Shown in pieces: positions 23,048 through 37,489 of a stretch of DNA of 64,000 bases (within the stretch, counting starts at the first letter, position 1; every line of letters begins with the position of its first letter). Below the pieces are notes generated by a model, which saw only the letters and a program-made list of their open reading frames with translations, did not search any database and had not been told where the DNA came from. A program made the position numbers and the translations under genes. This DNA is from Fimbriosthenelais zetlandica (lineage: Eukaryota): positions 18,786,001 to 18,850,000 of the forward strand of contig OZ365118.1 in assembly GCA_977030845.1 (NCBI GenBank), in the 5' to 3' direction.

Positions 23048-26000
23048 CTGAAAATAACACATGAATATATTAATTTACATCGCCTTAGAGAGACAAATTC
23101 CTGCAAAAATCTTATTTCAGTATCGAGTGACATTGCCTAAGCCTTGCATTAATGTGTGACTCATGGGCCTCGGCTTGTATTCCCTCTTCGACCAGATTAT
23201 TTAGGATGCTGACATTTTTTTAAACTGTGACATTTTTTAAACTAACGTAGAGCAAAGGAAGTACATGTAAATCGATCATAGCGAAACAACTCGAGCAAAA
23301 GGAGGAGGAAATGAGAAGTGGGTGGAAGGCCGAGAGCCTGAAACTAATACAGAATGGTCTGCCACACATATAACCCTGACCGAGTCTCACACAGCCAGCA
23401 GTGCACGGGATAACACAGGGATTAGCTCGACATCCAGGGAAATGGATATTCACTCACAACATGAGCTCTTTTTTTGCCGGTTTCCTTCTAACAAAAGTGT
23501 TAAAGAAGTCATCTTGGGGCGGAAATATCCGAGTGGTGTGGATGTTTGTCTAGGGCCAGGACAACCGTGGACCTCAAGGCTAAAAAAACACAGCTAGATT
23601 TCTCCAGGGTGGACAGCCATGCCGGGGCCGGAAATTAAGGCGTACAGATGGTGTTAATAGAGGCATGGCTGTGATAACAATAGATGGAGGAGTCACTCCA
23701 TGAGCTGCTCACCACACCCAGGGTCAGACCCAGAGAGACTCATGACTCAACATAATGTTATATAGCCTAAGAATCAAGTGTTTAAATTATCAGACGCAAA
23801 ACTATCAGATCAGATTCAGAAAAAGAATTCTCATCTTTTGGTGCTAGCACATGCATGAGGTCTACCCTCTGATTGACTCAGTGTTTTGACATACAGTGTC
23901 GAAATCAAAATCGGTGGGTCATGCTTGTGCATGGAATTATGTATTTCTTAAGAATGTTTAAGAATGTGGACGCATTCATCATGAAAATGCGACAGATTCT
24001 GATTCCTAGAGCACATCTCAACTGCATCAGAACTTGCAACTGCAGAACTTGCAACTGCATTCCCCCTCCACTGGGGCCCTCGATTCGCCCTTTCTACTCT
24101 TAAGCCTAACTCTCCCTCCCTCCTATCTCCACAGATAGCCATGTTGAAGCAACTACTAACAGTGAAAGATAATTTATATCGTTTAGCAGACGACTGCATG
24201 GTTTATTAGGGTATAGCTCAACAACTCTTTGCCATTCTGCAACCAGAAGTACATTTGGCTGCCATTTTGAGCCGTTATAACGGGTAGCGGGTGACAACTC
24301 GCACCGTTTTCCCGTTAGTTCCCAGATTTGCCGATGGTGGCGCACGGTTATTGGATCCATTGGGGTTGAACGAACTAGCCTACTCGCGTTCCATTAACGG
24401 CTCCCAAATCCATTGTTATGGGATTTGACAATAAATTTGTGAATAAAAATTAACATTTACATTAGGCTTGACCCTCTGAGCAAGTTCAAAAGCCCCAGAT
24501 TCTTTTAATGTACTGGTGAAATCGAGCTAAAAAGCAACAGTAATCCACAATAGGCCTAATATTTTCACCACCCCTGATTCTAAAGAAAACCCATTACTTA
24601 TTCATGAAAGCAGATGTAAAGGAGGAGAAAAGAAAAATGAGAAAACTGAGTTGGATTGTGGTATCAATCACAGCAGTACAGGAGAGTAGAGAGGTTTCTC
24701 TTGTGAACGCGTGACACTGGAACATGCGGGAAGAGAGGTGGGAGGCGGCACGCAAGGTAAACGAGGGGGAGGGTGGGGGGGGGGGAGGGGTGATTAACTG
24801 GGAGAATTGGGATCAGATAAGACCTTATCTCCAACTAAAATCACACACAAATATATCACTCTAAACCATGGAGACAATACATAATATTCATTATTTTTTA
24901 TTGAGGGAAACGTTGGGAATATTTAAAACTATAGATCTCTAGACTATGTTTGATTTCAAGATCATCTTGCAATACTGCAGCTAAAATAGTTTCTTCATAT
25001 ACTTCAAGGCCACACATTTTTGAGACAGACTATTATATCCCAGAGAGTTGAGGATATTATGTTTCAGCGCAATGGGAAATGTTATAACAATGCTGCCTCA
25101 AGACATGAAAATAAAAATAGAAATAAAATAATGTGAGGTGAGTAGGTGTACAGGAGCTGAATTCAGTCTCATAGTTACGAATGTCCAAGAAAATTAGTTA
25201 AATTGAATCATAAAATGTCTAAACCTGATAGCTTGAGAGAAATCCACATTAAGGGGATTGGAATCATCTAGAATCCAATCGTTCAATCGTTACTTTTCGG
25301 CCCAAACCAGCCTGAACTGTGATTTTATCAGAAAATCAGTTTTTTCCAGGAATTTTACAAAGCCTGTTATTGCCTGAATCTAGCTATAAAAATCGCCATT
25401 TTTTCCCTGAGAAATGCTTTCAAAATACCTTCACCTTAAGGCGTAATGAAGTGGGGAGGACGTAAAAGTGATTTTCCTTTGGGAAACACTGAAGTAATGT
25501 TTTAGATAATCACGTGTTCGCTCCTAAATGAGACATTTTATTGTAATGAGGAATGGTGGGCATGATGGCAGGTCTTTATACAGCGGTACATTTTACAAGT
25601 TTATATCAAATCACAGGGGATTTGTATGTCCAGTAGGGAACATTAGGCACATTTTAACATTAGTCTTTCATAATACACTCAGAGTATATACTTTGTTGAT
25701 GAAATTATCCCCAATTATCGAGAGACAAAATGGTTCAAAAGAGTTAGGATATAACTGTGAAGAAAAGTTTTAAAATGGACACGGACACGTCTTGTAAAAA
25801 GTATAGTGGGGGCGGGTGTTGTATTTCATCTCACAAATCTGATTTTAAATAACTGTATGAAACTATATGGTCCTGCCGGCAACTGTACAGGACCTCACCC
25901 GGGGGACCTCACTGTAATTTATATTTGAAATGCAGAATATGTGGATCAGTGTTTGGGTCCAATTTCCATCATTAGTTTTGGAAACAGTATATTATATCCA

Positions 26001-27054
26001 CTTTAAACATCTGTTTTAATTGTGAGTTGGATTAATTTGGGCTGGGATAGTGTTGGTTTTTAACCCCAGGCTGAGTTTAATATTCATACTGGACAGAGTT
26101 ACATTGTCTGAGCTGCCGGCACGTCACAGATGGATTTCTTGCCGACTTGACAAATGGCGTCTCTACGTCACTTGAGTGGCCAATTACCTTCACATGAAAA
26201 ACGTCTGTCCAGGCATTGAGATCATGGTTTCAAACTGAAAGCATTCTCAGTTAATAGATTGGTACTTGCATTAGATGTGAGCTAAAAATGCGTGCATTTG
26301 ATAATTTGAACTAAAGGATCACGAGAGACAGATGGTTTTGTCAGAGCTACATTTTTTTAATTAACATTGGGAGTCTTGGAGGTGAGGGTTTGTAACATTG
26401 TGGACGTTTTCATGTGTTATTTGATTTGTATAGGTTTTGACCCATGTTAACCCATGTAGCCCTGTACCATCACTCAGCCCTATTGATGGCAGCAGTAGCA
26501 TCTTATTACAGCTGATGGTAGCTGGAAGGCCCCGGATCATGGTCAGAAAGGATCCAATCCTTCCCTCTGGTCATTACTGCCCAGTCCCTGACCCTGAGGT
26601 GTGGTAGATAAAGCCACCTAACACCCTACAGCTGACCCTGACCACTGACCACCCCTCACAGCTCCCCCTACCGCCAGCTGTACACGTCAGGTCAGACCAG
26701 CGACACCCGACCCCTCCAACAATCCCCAGAACAAAGAGTCATTACCCAGTCAGCAGCCGGCCTGCATGCTAATGACCGGGACATGATCGCAGGGCATCAT
26801 GGCATCCCGGTCTCCACCCTATCTGACCCCTTGTTTAATCTTATCTTCTTTACCGACATAAGATAGGCCCAGCTTGTGGCTGTCCCTATGCAGCTACAAT
26901 TAATCCCCAAACCACTTCTCCGATCCTCTTGTGCCATGGGGCAAAGTAAACAGACAGGGACTGGGGCGGTGAATACGCGGCATATGTGGTGATCGCTTTC
27001 ACCATGGCAGAACACGCTATGTCAACATTTATTGCAAGAAAACTGGCCACTTAC

Positions 27055-27122
27055 AAATCTGGAACTGTAGGGTGGTGCCGTCCGTGTCCGGATTGAAGTG
27101 GACGCACGTGTAGCGCGGGCGG
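27055..27122 (-). CDS. Gene A exon: (C)RPRYTCVHFNPDTDGTTLQFQI
   Basis: Acceptor cctattttcctgtttcag, donor TTT|gtaagt, 68 nt, phase 2 to 1. Confidence 0.92.
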
Positions 27123-27832
27123 CTGAAACAGGAAAATAGGAAAAGCATTCAACGACCTGTGGCTTCACAGCAGAGACGTGAGCCGGGGTAAGAAGACCAG
27201 ATGGGAACAGGCGAAATTGAATGTCTGTTGCCTTTGTCAATATTGATCAGCGTTACAGAAGGGGAGGCCGGGAATAAAGGTATCCCTTCCTATTGGGCTT
27301 TACGCTCCATGCCTATTTGGCTTCTTCAGTAAAAGCTAGCATCCCAGATGTCTGCACTGATGGCTCTAACGTTAACAATAATATTTTGCCATTTTCAATA
27401 ATGGTTGGCAAACAATGGTCATCTTTTCCCCATTGCGCTCAGTAGAATAAATAAGTCATGTGACAATATTGAAGTAACTAATATCCATTTGATGGCCAGC
27501 TGAATCTAACGTCGGCCACCCGCAAACAGAAACTAACTTCTCTACTGTTAGCAAAAAGACTGCGATTGCCTCACCAAAGCCATGATTTATTTTTAAGTTA
27601 CTCTTTTGTGGTATCGATTTCTCTGGCCAGTAATTTCCCAGTGATAACAAGTCTATCGTTATTTTAGTTCCAGTTGCCTGTGTGGGCACCGGGGACAATA
27701 GGAGAGCCTGGTTGCCTGGCGTTCTCATTCCATGGGCATTCTTATAAATTAGAGCACCATGCCCAGGCCAGTATTGACCAACAAAATCAAGGGACCAAGT
27801 TTGTAAAGTGACATAAAATCAGTTTGTCTCAC

Positions 27833-28034
27833 CAGCCATTCGTGTAATAGGAGAGGAGTTTGAATCGGGTGAAAGCCCAGTGTTTACTCTTGCAAATAAA
27901 CTCCCCCAGGGTAGAAAAAGCAAGATGGCCGCCGTGGATACGGACTCGTTCTTCCCGATCCGTCTCAAAGAGGAACCAGTCCTTCCTAATGTTCCCAGGG
28001 AACCTGCATTCTGGTCTAGTAGATGGTAACAAAT
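27833..28034 (-). CDS. Gene A exon (domain A2): (N)LLPSTRPECRFPGNIRKDWFLFETDREERVRIHGGHLAFSTLGEFICKSKHWAFTRFKLLSYYTNG(C)
   Basis: Acceptor tttgttacttgcag, donor CTG|gtgaga, 202 nt, phase 1 to 2. Confidence 0.92.
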
Positions 28035-29823
28035 CTGCAAGTAACAAAATAAACCAACCATATAACTCTATGTTTTAAGAGAATGCCATATGGAAAATGG
28101 TGCAAATAACCAACAACTAACCAAGAAGTAAGCAGTAACCCTTGGTCTGAGGCATTACTTTCAGACGTACATGAGTATTTGAGAATTCACTGCATGGATA
28201 AAATGGCCCTGAAATTGAGTTGAGATGGATAGAAGGAGAAATAAGAAGGTAGAAATAACTGCAGTGGGTCCAGCATTACTCTCTGGGTATTCTATGTTTG
28301 ATACCATGCATTTTTTACCATATTCAACATTCAAGGTTGCACCTGCAAGCCTTGACATTATGATACATATAGCTCATTTACTATGCCCAATCCTAGCCCT
28401 CCCCATCATCATTATCTATGTATATTATTCATGGTATAATACTTATACATAGTCTTAATGTAACATCATGGCAATGCTTACAATCATCACTTCTCATAGT
28501 CATACAGACAACATTTCTATTTGTTCACACTGCAATTTTAAGGCACATTTCTTGACGTTCCCTATACCAAAACATGTTGACAATGCAGTCTTGTTTGACA
28601 GACAACCCAAGTTTTGGGTGTCAAAAATGCCATTTGAAAAGTAATAGGAGGACTAAATCAAAGGGATCGAGCAGTGTCAAAGAGTGCAATACTCGCACTG
28701 CAAACCGATAGAATTTCCCTGGTATAGAAACTTTGTGTATTTTATTCCGGGATAGCAAAAGGGAAGATGGCCTTGATGTTCTGTCTGCCTGGATTGAGCA
28801 CAGCCTCAGAGACAAGATGTTCATCCAGGATAAGATGAAGATATGTTCCTCTACTTACACCACTGATATACAATATGGCGAGGAGGGTCAGGAACATGGA
28901 TGATAAATGTGATAGTATCCCATCTCCACCTGTCCTCCAATCACTTCCGGCCAGATTGACCAATAGGAAGCCAGGAAGAGGAGGCCCCCTAGCGGGGATG
29001 GTATGAGTTAGATATACCGTGAGACCCATCAATTAGATCATTTATCTAAACAAGAGCTTAGGTCTCCCGGGGGCGAAAAGAGACACGGAGACAAGCGAGA
29101 AGAGATCTAGAGATCGTTTTGATTAGGGAAACATTGCTGGGTGTAATCAGAAACTTATAGCAGTGACAAACGAGCTAGGTTTAGAGAGATTAAACAATAT
29201 CGTCTCTCTATTCCCCTCCTGCTTTATACAATACCCTGATAAAAGAGGCTACAAAAACTGCCTCTCAAACTTCTACTTCCAGAAGATTTCTTTTTTCTCT
29301 GGTGCTGTCTGTATTTAATGATAGGCCGTCTGTCGTGAGTGGAGGAATAAATATTTAGACATTAGTTTTACCACCACTGTAACCATCTTCAAATGAAGAT
29401 GGGAGAATTTAGTTTGTTTCTGAAAAAATGAAGATGAAAGGTATCGGCTCAGATGAAGTACGTGTGAAAATCGATCATTGGAGGAAATTTGGCTTCCTAT
29501 TTGAAATAATTTAATGGGCGTTTGAATTGGTTTTTATTTGTTTAAATCCAATTTAGCCTAGCATTTTATTTCATTTAGCAAATGGAGTTCGCGACCCTCT
29601 TATGTGGTATCATCCTTCCTTGAGTGGAAGATGTGAAGCGGTGGTTATGCTCCCCGGGCTCTTGTGTTATTAGGCAGGATAAGGGATGGAAAACATGACT
29701 GCAGGCTCCAATTAGTCCTACTTAGTCATAAATCTGACTCTTTAAAGTCATGGCTCTTCTTAGTCACTGGCTAAAAAGGCACATGCCGAAACCATTCAAA
29801 AGCAGAAATGGTCCATATTGGCT

Positions 29824-30050
29824 CACACAGGGTTAAAGTGTGCTGTACACAGCATGTGTGTGAGTGGACGTGTCTATTCACATGACATCCACAACCTAAA
29901 CCCCATGCTCTGACGGCTCAGTGCGAACACAGCGAGCATCTAGATGGTTCAATGCATTTTAACGCAACCTCAAAAATTATCACGCTAGATTGACGGAGTT
30001 CAGACTGCCTCAAAACGGACGCTTACACAGCCCTGTGTGAACAGCTCTTA
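29824..30050. mobile_element. Possible degenerate PIF/Harbinger-like MITE
   Basis: Inverted CACACAGGG / CCCTGTGTG; right end GTGAACAGCTC followed by TTA; left terminus degenerate. Confidence 0.35.
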
Positions 30051-31559
30051 AGACTGGTACATGAGACAGTCGCCTGGAACTACCAGGGCCCAATGCTGCC
30101 TCAGGATACATGTATTTGTATTCAGATTACATATATAAGAGACCGAGTCTTCATTTCTCACAGTCTCATCATTCTCCTCTTCCAAAGGGAAAACAAATCT
30201 TTCAGAAAGAGCAACTCATTACATGATGATTGCTTTAGAGAAGAATAAAACACTAAATCTATAACTTGTGAATCTGAGAACTCAGGCAATTTGAAAAGGA
30301 ACATTGCAGGCTGACATATCATATCCACGATGAAACCGCAATCAGTGGAAGAGAGTATGTGAAATAGAAAGATAGAATCTGATACACAACTCATCAACTC
30401 TCCACCACGCTATAAAAGGTTTCAAACTCGTTGCTAGTCTTAGAAGGACTCTTGTATGGATGTGGGGATTTTTGGTTAGCTTTCATACAAGTCCAGTGGA
30501 CACACATTCAAAAATGATCTTTGAAAAGTGTAGTACGAAGGCAAACAAGCCGGGTAGTGGGAGTAACCTCCGTCAATTCTACTCAGAGACACATTATACC
30601 AGAGGACGTGTGTGCTGAATATGCTCAGCTTGTTTGCTCAGAGATTAGAATACAGGCCGGTTGTTTCTCTCAGCTAAGTGAGCAGGGAAGTGCCACCATT
30701 TTTATTCTTTAGCATTCCTTCAAGAGAGCTAAAAGAATTACATTAATTCCTCTCGCCACCAAGTGTCAAATCGTATTAAGGGCCGGTTCCTGGCCGGGTT
30801 TTACTTGACTGTTCAGCAATAACTGGCAAAAATAAGAGCAGCTGCACTGTATCAAGACGGAGGGCTGAATCCGAGGTACAGTGACACAGAGAGATGGTCT
30901 ATACCGATAGACAAATACTCAACTATAATATCCTTATATATAGACATAGTCAACACATATGTCACACACTCTCATCACCTTCAGGCCTATATAAGTCACA
31001 TATAGCCTGGGTTTAAGGCTTTAAGATGCTTCAGGATTGCTGGCGTGGCAAAAATCACAATTCATTCATTCTTGCTTTAGGGGCTTAAGAGTCTATAGGA
31101 TGGGCCCAGTATGAGGGAAGCTAAGCAAAGAGGAATAACGCTTTGAGCCGAAAGGTTGAAATATATGAGAGTATAAATTGCCTGAATGTGTTTATGAATA
31201 CTTCAAAGCCTGTGTTATGACCTGTCAACATCTACAATATGTGTAGACATGATATACATTCTCACTGTATGTGAGCCCCGTAAAGGTCAAGCTCAACATG
31301 CAGCCACATCTAAATGTAGCCCTATTATTCCTCCCTTTCAACAATCATTGGCACTGAGCTTGGGTTTGTACAAATGAACTGTCACAGAGTAAGGTGAGAG
31401 AGTAAGGTGAGAGTGTATAGGAAGGATAGTCCACATGGAAAGGTATGTAGAAGAGGGCAAAGCTGGCAAGGATGGCAAGAAACAATGGTTTTTTCTAGTA
31501 AATGTTAGATATCTAAGACTTGGACAAAAATATTGATCTAAATATCACAGAATACTTAC

Positions 31560-31679
31560 TACATAACCCACAGGAACGTTTGCAATAGTTAGCGTATTCG
31601 TGCAAGGCACTGTTTGTGCACTTCCCCTCCTTGGCATGTTTTACACACTGATCGCTTTCATCGTAGCAGATCCCAGGCT
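31560..31679 (-). CDS. Gene A ShKT-domain exon: (E)PGICYDESDQCVKHAKEGKCTNSALHEYANYCKRSCGLC
   Basis: Acceptor tttttctgtttttcag, donor TA|gtaagt, 120 nt, phase 1 to 1; ShK pattern C-x6-C-x8-C-x11-C-x3-C-x2-C ending CKRSCGLC. Confidence 0.92.
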
Positions 31680-34600
31680 CTGAAAAACAGAAAAACGTCT
31701 ATGAATAAATGACATTATTAAATCAACCCACTCGAAATCTCAAGTGTTCCAAACTCTTACAAATCCAGCCTTAAAAACTCCACCCATCATATGAATGGCA
31801 TTCTCTTCAAATTGCAAAGATTACAGAATACTCATCAGAAAAAAGCCTATGAACTTTTAAAAGGTTGTATATGGCAAGCGCATTAAAGTTCAAATTTGTC
31901 GGGGTATAAAATGATGATTGGTGCCTCAGAATAATGCGGATAGAGGATGAGTTATGGTGAGGTTCAGACTAACCAGATCTGATGAATGACTAGGAGGGGG
32001 ATGGGGGGTGGGTGGGGGGGTTGTTCTGTGCACACCACAAGCCCCCAACCTTGTATATGTACACTAATTAGGCTCCCTGGTGTATAGGACCATCCGTGCC
32101 TAGACTTTTTAACAGCATTACTTAATGGATTTAATGGGGGTGTGCCTCCCAGGGCTAAGCAATTTCATTATGAGTGCGAGCCAAACTTGGCATCTACATC
32201 AGCCAAGTGCAGGAATCAATTTTTTAAAACGGGATGGGGGATTCATCAAATTAGTGGCTGATCTTTTTCAAGAGATATTTCAAACTGGCGTTAAGCAGCT
32301 TGACTAGAGTCCATATATAAAGGTAACAAATATGGTAGAAGAAAAGAGGAATGAGGAGTGAAACAATGCAAATTGGATATCAAAGTTTTTATTGGCAACT
32401 TTTATGCCACTTTCCGAAAGACAACCAGGAAACTTGTAAAATGAAGCCTGTGCACTTAGTTCGATGCAATATTAATTGATCCCAATTCATCAGTGCATGA
32501 ATTTGATATGAAAAGCTCAAATGTTGCTTGATAGCGAGGAGGCATGGATGGAAGGCGATATGGGAGTATATGAGAGAGGCAGCGCCTTGATTAGACATTA
32601 TCATAACTCAATAGGAAGTCTACAACTGTTAGATCCTACCCCCGGGGAGCTCTTCCCACTCCCTCCCTCCTCCTCACGTCTATATACCCTGATAACAGTC
32701 TTCACTCAATTTGCTGTTTACACATTACACCGCCTCCCTCCTGCCACAACTGGCCTGATTGTATTAATAACAATGCAAATGCTCCACAAAAATGCCTCCT
32801 CTGCTGCGCCATAGTCAAACAGCCAACTTGCAATAGGCGTATAAGTTTGGCTATATCAAAGGTGGCCTAAAACACATCAACACAGAGCGCCACCCATTAC
32901 AGGGGACAGGCCAGCTCTGTAATTCCTGTTCCAACCTCTCGGGACAGGAGTTTTGAAAGCAGCACTTTTCGGGATGTTTTTCTATTCTGTTTGACCAACA
33001 GTCGAGTGTTGATTCGTATTACGCGGCTTTGTACCCCACTCTACACAATGCTTATGTCGTTCCTGCCAATCGAAGGCTTTGTCATTGGCCCCAACCATAT
33101 ATGTCAATGTCGTTTACCTGAACGGGTTGGAACAAGTTCTTTATGCCATTGACCTCTAAAGGATGCATGTTAAAGGGGAATAAAACACATAATCTTTGAC
33201 ATAGTCTGACACAGCCAATTACACATGACGGTAGATAGGGTGAATATTGTAGAGAAATAGTCGGCATTTTACCGCCAATGCCTACATCTATTAGGTACAG
33301 CAATTTATCCTGTAACTTGAAAACCAGCCCACTGTCAGACAGAAATGATTTACTGACTGGTGAAAAAAAACATGCAAGGTTTAAATGTGATTAAAAAGCC
33401 TTGCATTATTCCCACCTCTGGCCATATGTGTCATACAGAAACATAAATTGTTGTAGGGAATTTGTCCTGACCGATGTTCCCGCAGATGATGCAATCTGCA
33501 GTAGTAGGCCTACTCCCTACTAATCAATATTATCATAGAGAAATCTCTGAGGAATATGTAGCAATGGGCCTAATTCATAAGACAAATGCTAAAGGTTACA
33601 CTTCAGCAAGTGAGGCACTGGGGAAGACGGGAGAGTCCCCCATTCGTTATCACTACTATCTTATCAAGGTACGGCCACTGATTACAGAAACTACCGCTAG
33701 GGGATGGGGCAGGAGGGGGAAGCCGGCAGAGGCCCGGGAGACAGAATAAATTGACTGAATCTCCTGTTGGGCTTTAACATCGCAATGTTAGCTGAGCTGA
33801 GAATCTTCCTCCTGGGATGAGAAATACAGAAGTTCCTAATGAACATCCAGTCCGGGCTTGATCCAGGCTGGAGGCTGGAGCAGGAATGCAGTGCCTCTCG
33901 CGGGCATTTATAACACTAGTACTCGTGGAGTGTTTAGTTAGAACCCCCGGGGTGTAATAATACAGCCATGTCTTTATATTATAGACATGTAAAGACACAA
34001 GGACACTCCAGGCTGGTGAGTGGTACTGTGACCATGTCATAACTCCCTCACTGAGCAATGTTCACCACTCTCCACCTACATCTCTAGTGAGGGATAGTCA
34101 TCAACCTTTGTACTGTGTTACACAGTACATACAGACTTTATGTGGGACGTATTTACTTATTTAGCTAGTATATTCTATATGGTTATTACACCCAATTATC
34201 AGCGGCCAGTACGCGCCATATATCTTCATTGTCATTGTAAATATGCAATAAATGTAACTAATCTGGATCAGGTAATTAGGACGGGGCTAGAAATGCAATA
34301 TATGACTCCCATATCTCTACTGTCATTACCATTAATATAACGTTAATATGATAGATATGTCCATCATGCTCATATCTAGAAGATATCAATATTTCACTCC
34401 AGCATCAAGTGAAATATTTATAACAATTCCAATGAAAATCTTGGAGAAATTCACCTCCAACATAGCACTGATGGAAAAATCCCAATAACTTAAAAATGAA
34501 ATATAACATGTAGAGAGAACTATACTATAACAGCTCAGTGACAATCATGAGAGGGATTGAACGAAGTGGGGAAGTTGAATCTTGAAACTGAAATGTAAGG

Positions 34601-35508
34601 AAATTTCCAACAAATTGTCTTACTCTTATTTGATGGTTCAGTATCATTTTAACAACTTAAATGTCTTCATCAGCCCTTACTGTTCGTTTCCATGTTAATT
34701 AAAAATCTTTTCTTTTCAAGACAAAGAGACTTATTTGCCTTTAATTTGGATAATTCAAAAGTATTAATTCCCTCGCTCATCAGGCAAGGAATGAACTTTG
34801 ACAAGACAAAGTGACCTAAGTGCAGATATGAAATGTCACGAGCTTTTACTCATTGTCCGGCCCAAAACTGAGCCAAAACTTTATGACCAATCTTTGTAAT
34901 AAGAGACTATTTCCCTTCTGGTTTATGAACAACTGCCTATTAGTCACTTCATTGAAGTATTTCCCACTGTTATTTCCGCCTGTCATTTGCTGAGCAGATT
35001 TGAGAAGTCTGGAGTTTCAAAAGTTTTAACTGCTTTGCCAATGCCCATCTTGGTGCATCTTTATCCACAAAGAATAACAGAAACAAAGAGTTGAGTCGTG
35101 TATGTTGGTGTAAAGAACCTCTGGCAATATAGGAAGGCATCATATGACAATGTGAGAAGACTGGACTAATCTGCTGTGGCTGACTATTGTACCTGACAAT
35201 CTGTAACATATATACCCAGATTGACCTATTAGAAAGACCTATAGAACAACCCAGAAGATGAGTGGATCATCAGCTTATAGGCAGGTTACAGTGGAGGTGA
35301 ATGTAACCAATCATTGGAACATATAATATAGTCGTTCACTGGGGTGGTCACTTTAGTCAAATCTGTCTTTGAGGTGGTAAAAATGACCATCAAGCGGAGA
35401 GAATCTCTCTTATAAGCGATCTAACCCTAAAGCATGACTTCATAGTGAGTTAAATTTAAGGTTGTCATGAAGGTAGAGGAGTGAGATATTGTGTATAAGT
35501 TGCCTTAC

Positions 35509-35650
35509 CGCCTCTCTTCATGTGGAGCTCAGCGTGTAGGACGTCTTCTAGCCCGGCAGGTCTGGAGTACCGTCTCTCATTCGGGCAAACCGGACTAAAA
35601 TATAGCTCTACAGTAAGCTCTATATTCATTTCTAGATCACGGGGAAAGCG
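35509..35650 (-). CDS. Gene A exon: RFPRDLEMNIELTVELYFSPVCPNERRYSRPAGLEDVLHAELHMKRG
   Basis: Acceptor gtgtttattttcag, donor GCG|gtaagg, 142 nt, phase 0 to 1. Confidence 0.88.
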
Positions 35651-35839
35651 CTGAAAATAAACACATAACCTTTGATTAAAATTATTTTCCCACAATTTAT
35701 CCGACAATTTCTTATAAAGGGATAAAAATAGAAATAACCTCAAAGTCGTATTGGTGTGTGTCTGCCCTTCGAGGGCCTACTGCCACCAATACGGTAGACA
35801 GATAACTCAAGAAGTTAGTTATTGATATCTTTCACTTAC

Positions 35840-35931
35840 CAATACAAATTGTGGCTGCTTATCTGGCTCTGCTGCTACTATGAACTGAAAATCATCTTCT
35901 ATCCAATGGCCCCAAACTTGCAGGGTCAATT
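35840..35931 (-). CDS. Gene A exon: (E)LTLQVWGHWIEDDFQFIVAAEPDKQPQFVL
   Basis: Acceptor tttctttctacattcacag, donor TTG|gtaagt, 92 nt, phase 1 to 0. Confidence 0.9.
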
Positions 35932-36490
35932 CTGTGAATGTAGAAAGAAACAATTGGTTTAATGTTTTTATTCATTTGGAGGGATAATAGGAAATGAAGA
36001 AAGGCCTTATATGGAAAGGTAAATAAGAGGGAAGTGGAATGAGAGGAGTGAGAGCGGAGGGAGGGAGGGGATGGGGGATGGTGGGGGAGGGAGGGAGGGG
36101 AGGTGTATAGGTGAGGGGTGGGTATTCTAAACGAGGCGGACTAGTTGAGGTCTGGGTTAAGGTAATGATCCTCGCCCATTATCTCTGACACAGATTACAT
36201 CCTCCTGTCATTCCGCGCGACCTTCCAGCCACAGATGCTCTCTGCCAATCCTCGGCTTATATTTACGTCTAAATTACACCTCACAAATGAGAGGTGCATG
36301 AAAGACATATCCGGTGAGGGCCGGGACATGGCTGGAGGAGCCAGGACATGGCTGGGGGGTGTGGGGGTGATGAGGGATCTATGCTCATACAGGCCAGGCT
36401 TCTCTCATACAATCTAATGGTCACTCTCAGGAAACATTAAGGACAGTGTAGATTTTTGTTGCTTTAGGCGGTATTCATGGGTTTACTTAC

Positions 36491-36608
36491 CTTGTCTATG
36501 GTTCATAAAAGGACTGCAGGACTTCTCTGGAAATTTAAATGAAATGCCCTCCCCTCTGACACACTCTGTCTCCATCCGCGACGGCCGCCATATTGAATGA
36601 CAGAGCTT
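36491..36608 (-). CDS. Gene A exon: KLCHSIWRPSRMETECVRGEGISFKFPEKSCSPFMNHRQ
   Basis: Acceptor ttccttttacag, donor AAG|gtaagt, 118 nt, only one open frame, phase 0 to 1. Confidence 0.9.
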
Positions 36609-37489
36609 CTGTAAAAGGAAAGGCCTTAAAGTTCAGCTAAAAGCCAATGAAATGTTAACCCATATTGGATTTTTACAAACTTGTACAAAGCAAAAAGGCC
36701 GCAGTGAATTTTGAAAATTTGTTTTTCGTTAGAAAATGAGGGATCAGTGCTGTTTTCATTGTTGGTAATTATTACACTGAAGGTTATTTTTCACAAATCG
36801 TCTCAGATAGATTTCATTTAAGTGTCAAAAAGACACCAATTCTCAATGAAATGCTTTTACCGGTTGCATTTTCATTCTTGCCTTGTGGGTAAAAAATGAG
36901 ATCGGTGCTTGAAATTGGTTATTTGTAATTTAACACTGATGAAATGATTTTTACTATCCTATTATTTACGATCACGATTTTGTAAAATCAAAGAAAGTTA
37001 TAAGGCAATCCATGAAAAAAAACCATTGAAACTGCCCTATGTCAAAAATGCCGGCAACATATTACAGTTGATAAGATAAAAAATGGATTTCAGTTAAAGA
37101 ACAAATACATGAAAGTGGAATAATGCACTGAGAAAAAAGGAGGAGAGTCCTGGTGGGTGTTGAATTAAAGCCTACAGATTGGTTGCCATCAGCTCACGTT
37201 CAAGGCAAAGCTAGCCTAGAATTTTGCACCAGATTTTGAAACAAGACCAAAGGAAAGAGTGAAACGTGTGCCAAGAACATGTGTCATAATGCTCTATCAT
37301 ATCCAGATGCAGCTATAATTCAAAGCTAAACGAAAAACAGCCTTACTATTAAGGACTTGGAAAATCGAAACTGAAGAAAATCTAGTTCTGAGAATGAAGT
37401 AATAATCACATGTAAATAGTTTGTGCACGCGCTAGAGAGAAAAGAAAGTTCAGCGAGATAAGGTGCAGCCTAATTACCTGACGACCTAC

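Noticed and set aside
28716-28903. Protein-like plus-strand frame (…DGLDVLSAWIEHSLRDKMFIQDK…)
   Set aside because: No start, weak splice sites, no partner exons.
33000-33160. Segment with YMVG...HCVEW resembling family motifs
   Set aside because: In-frame stop directly upstream and no usable acceptor; gene A splices correctly without it.
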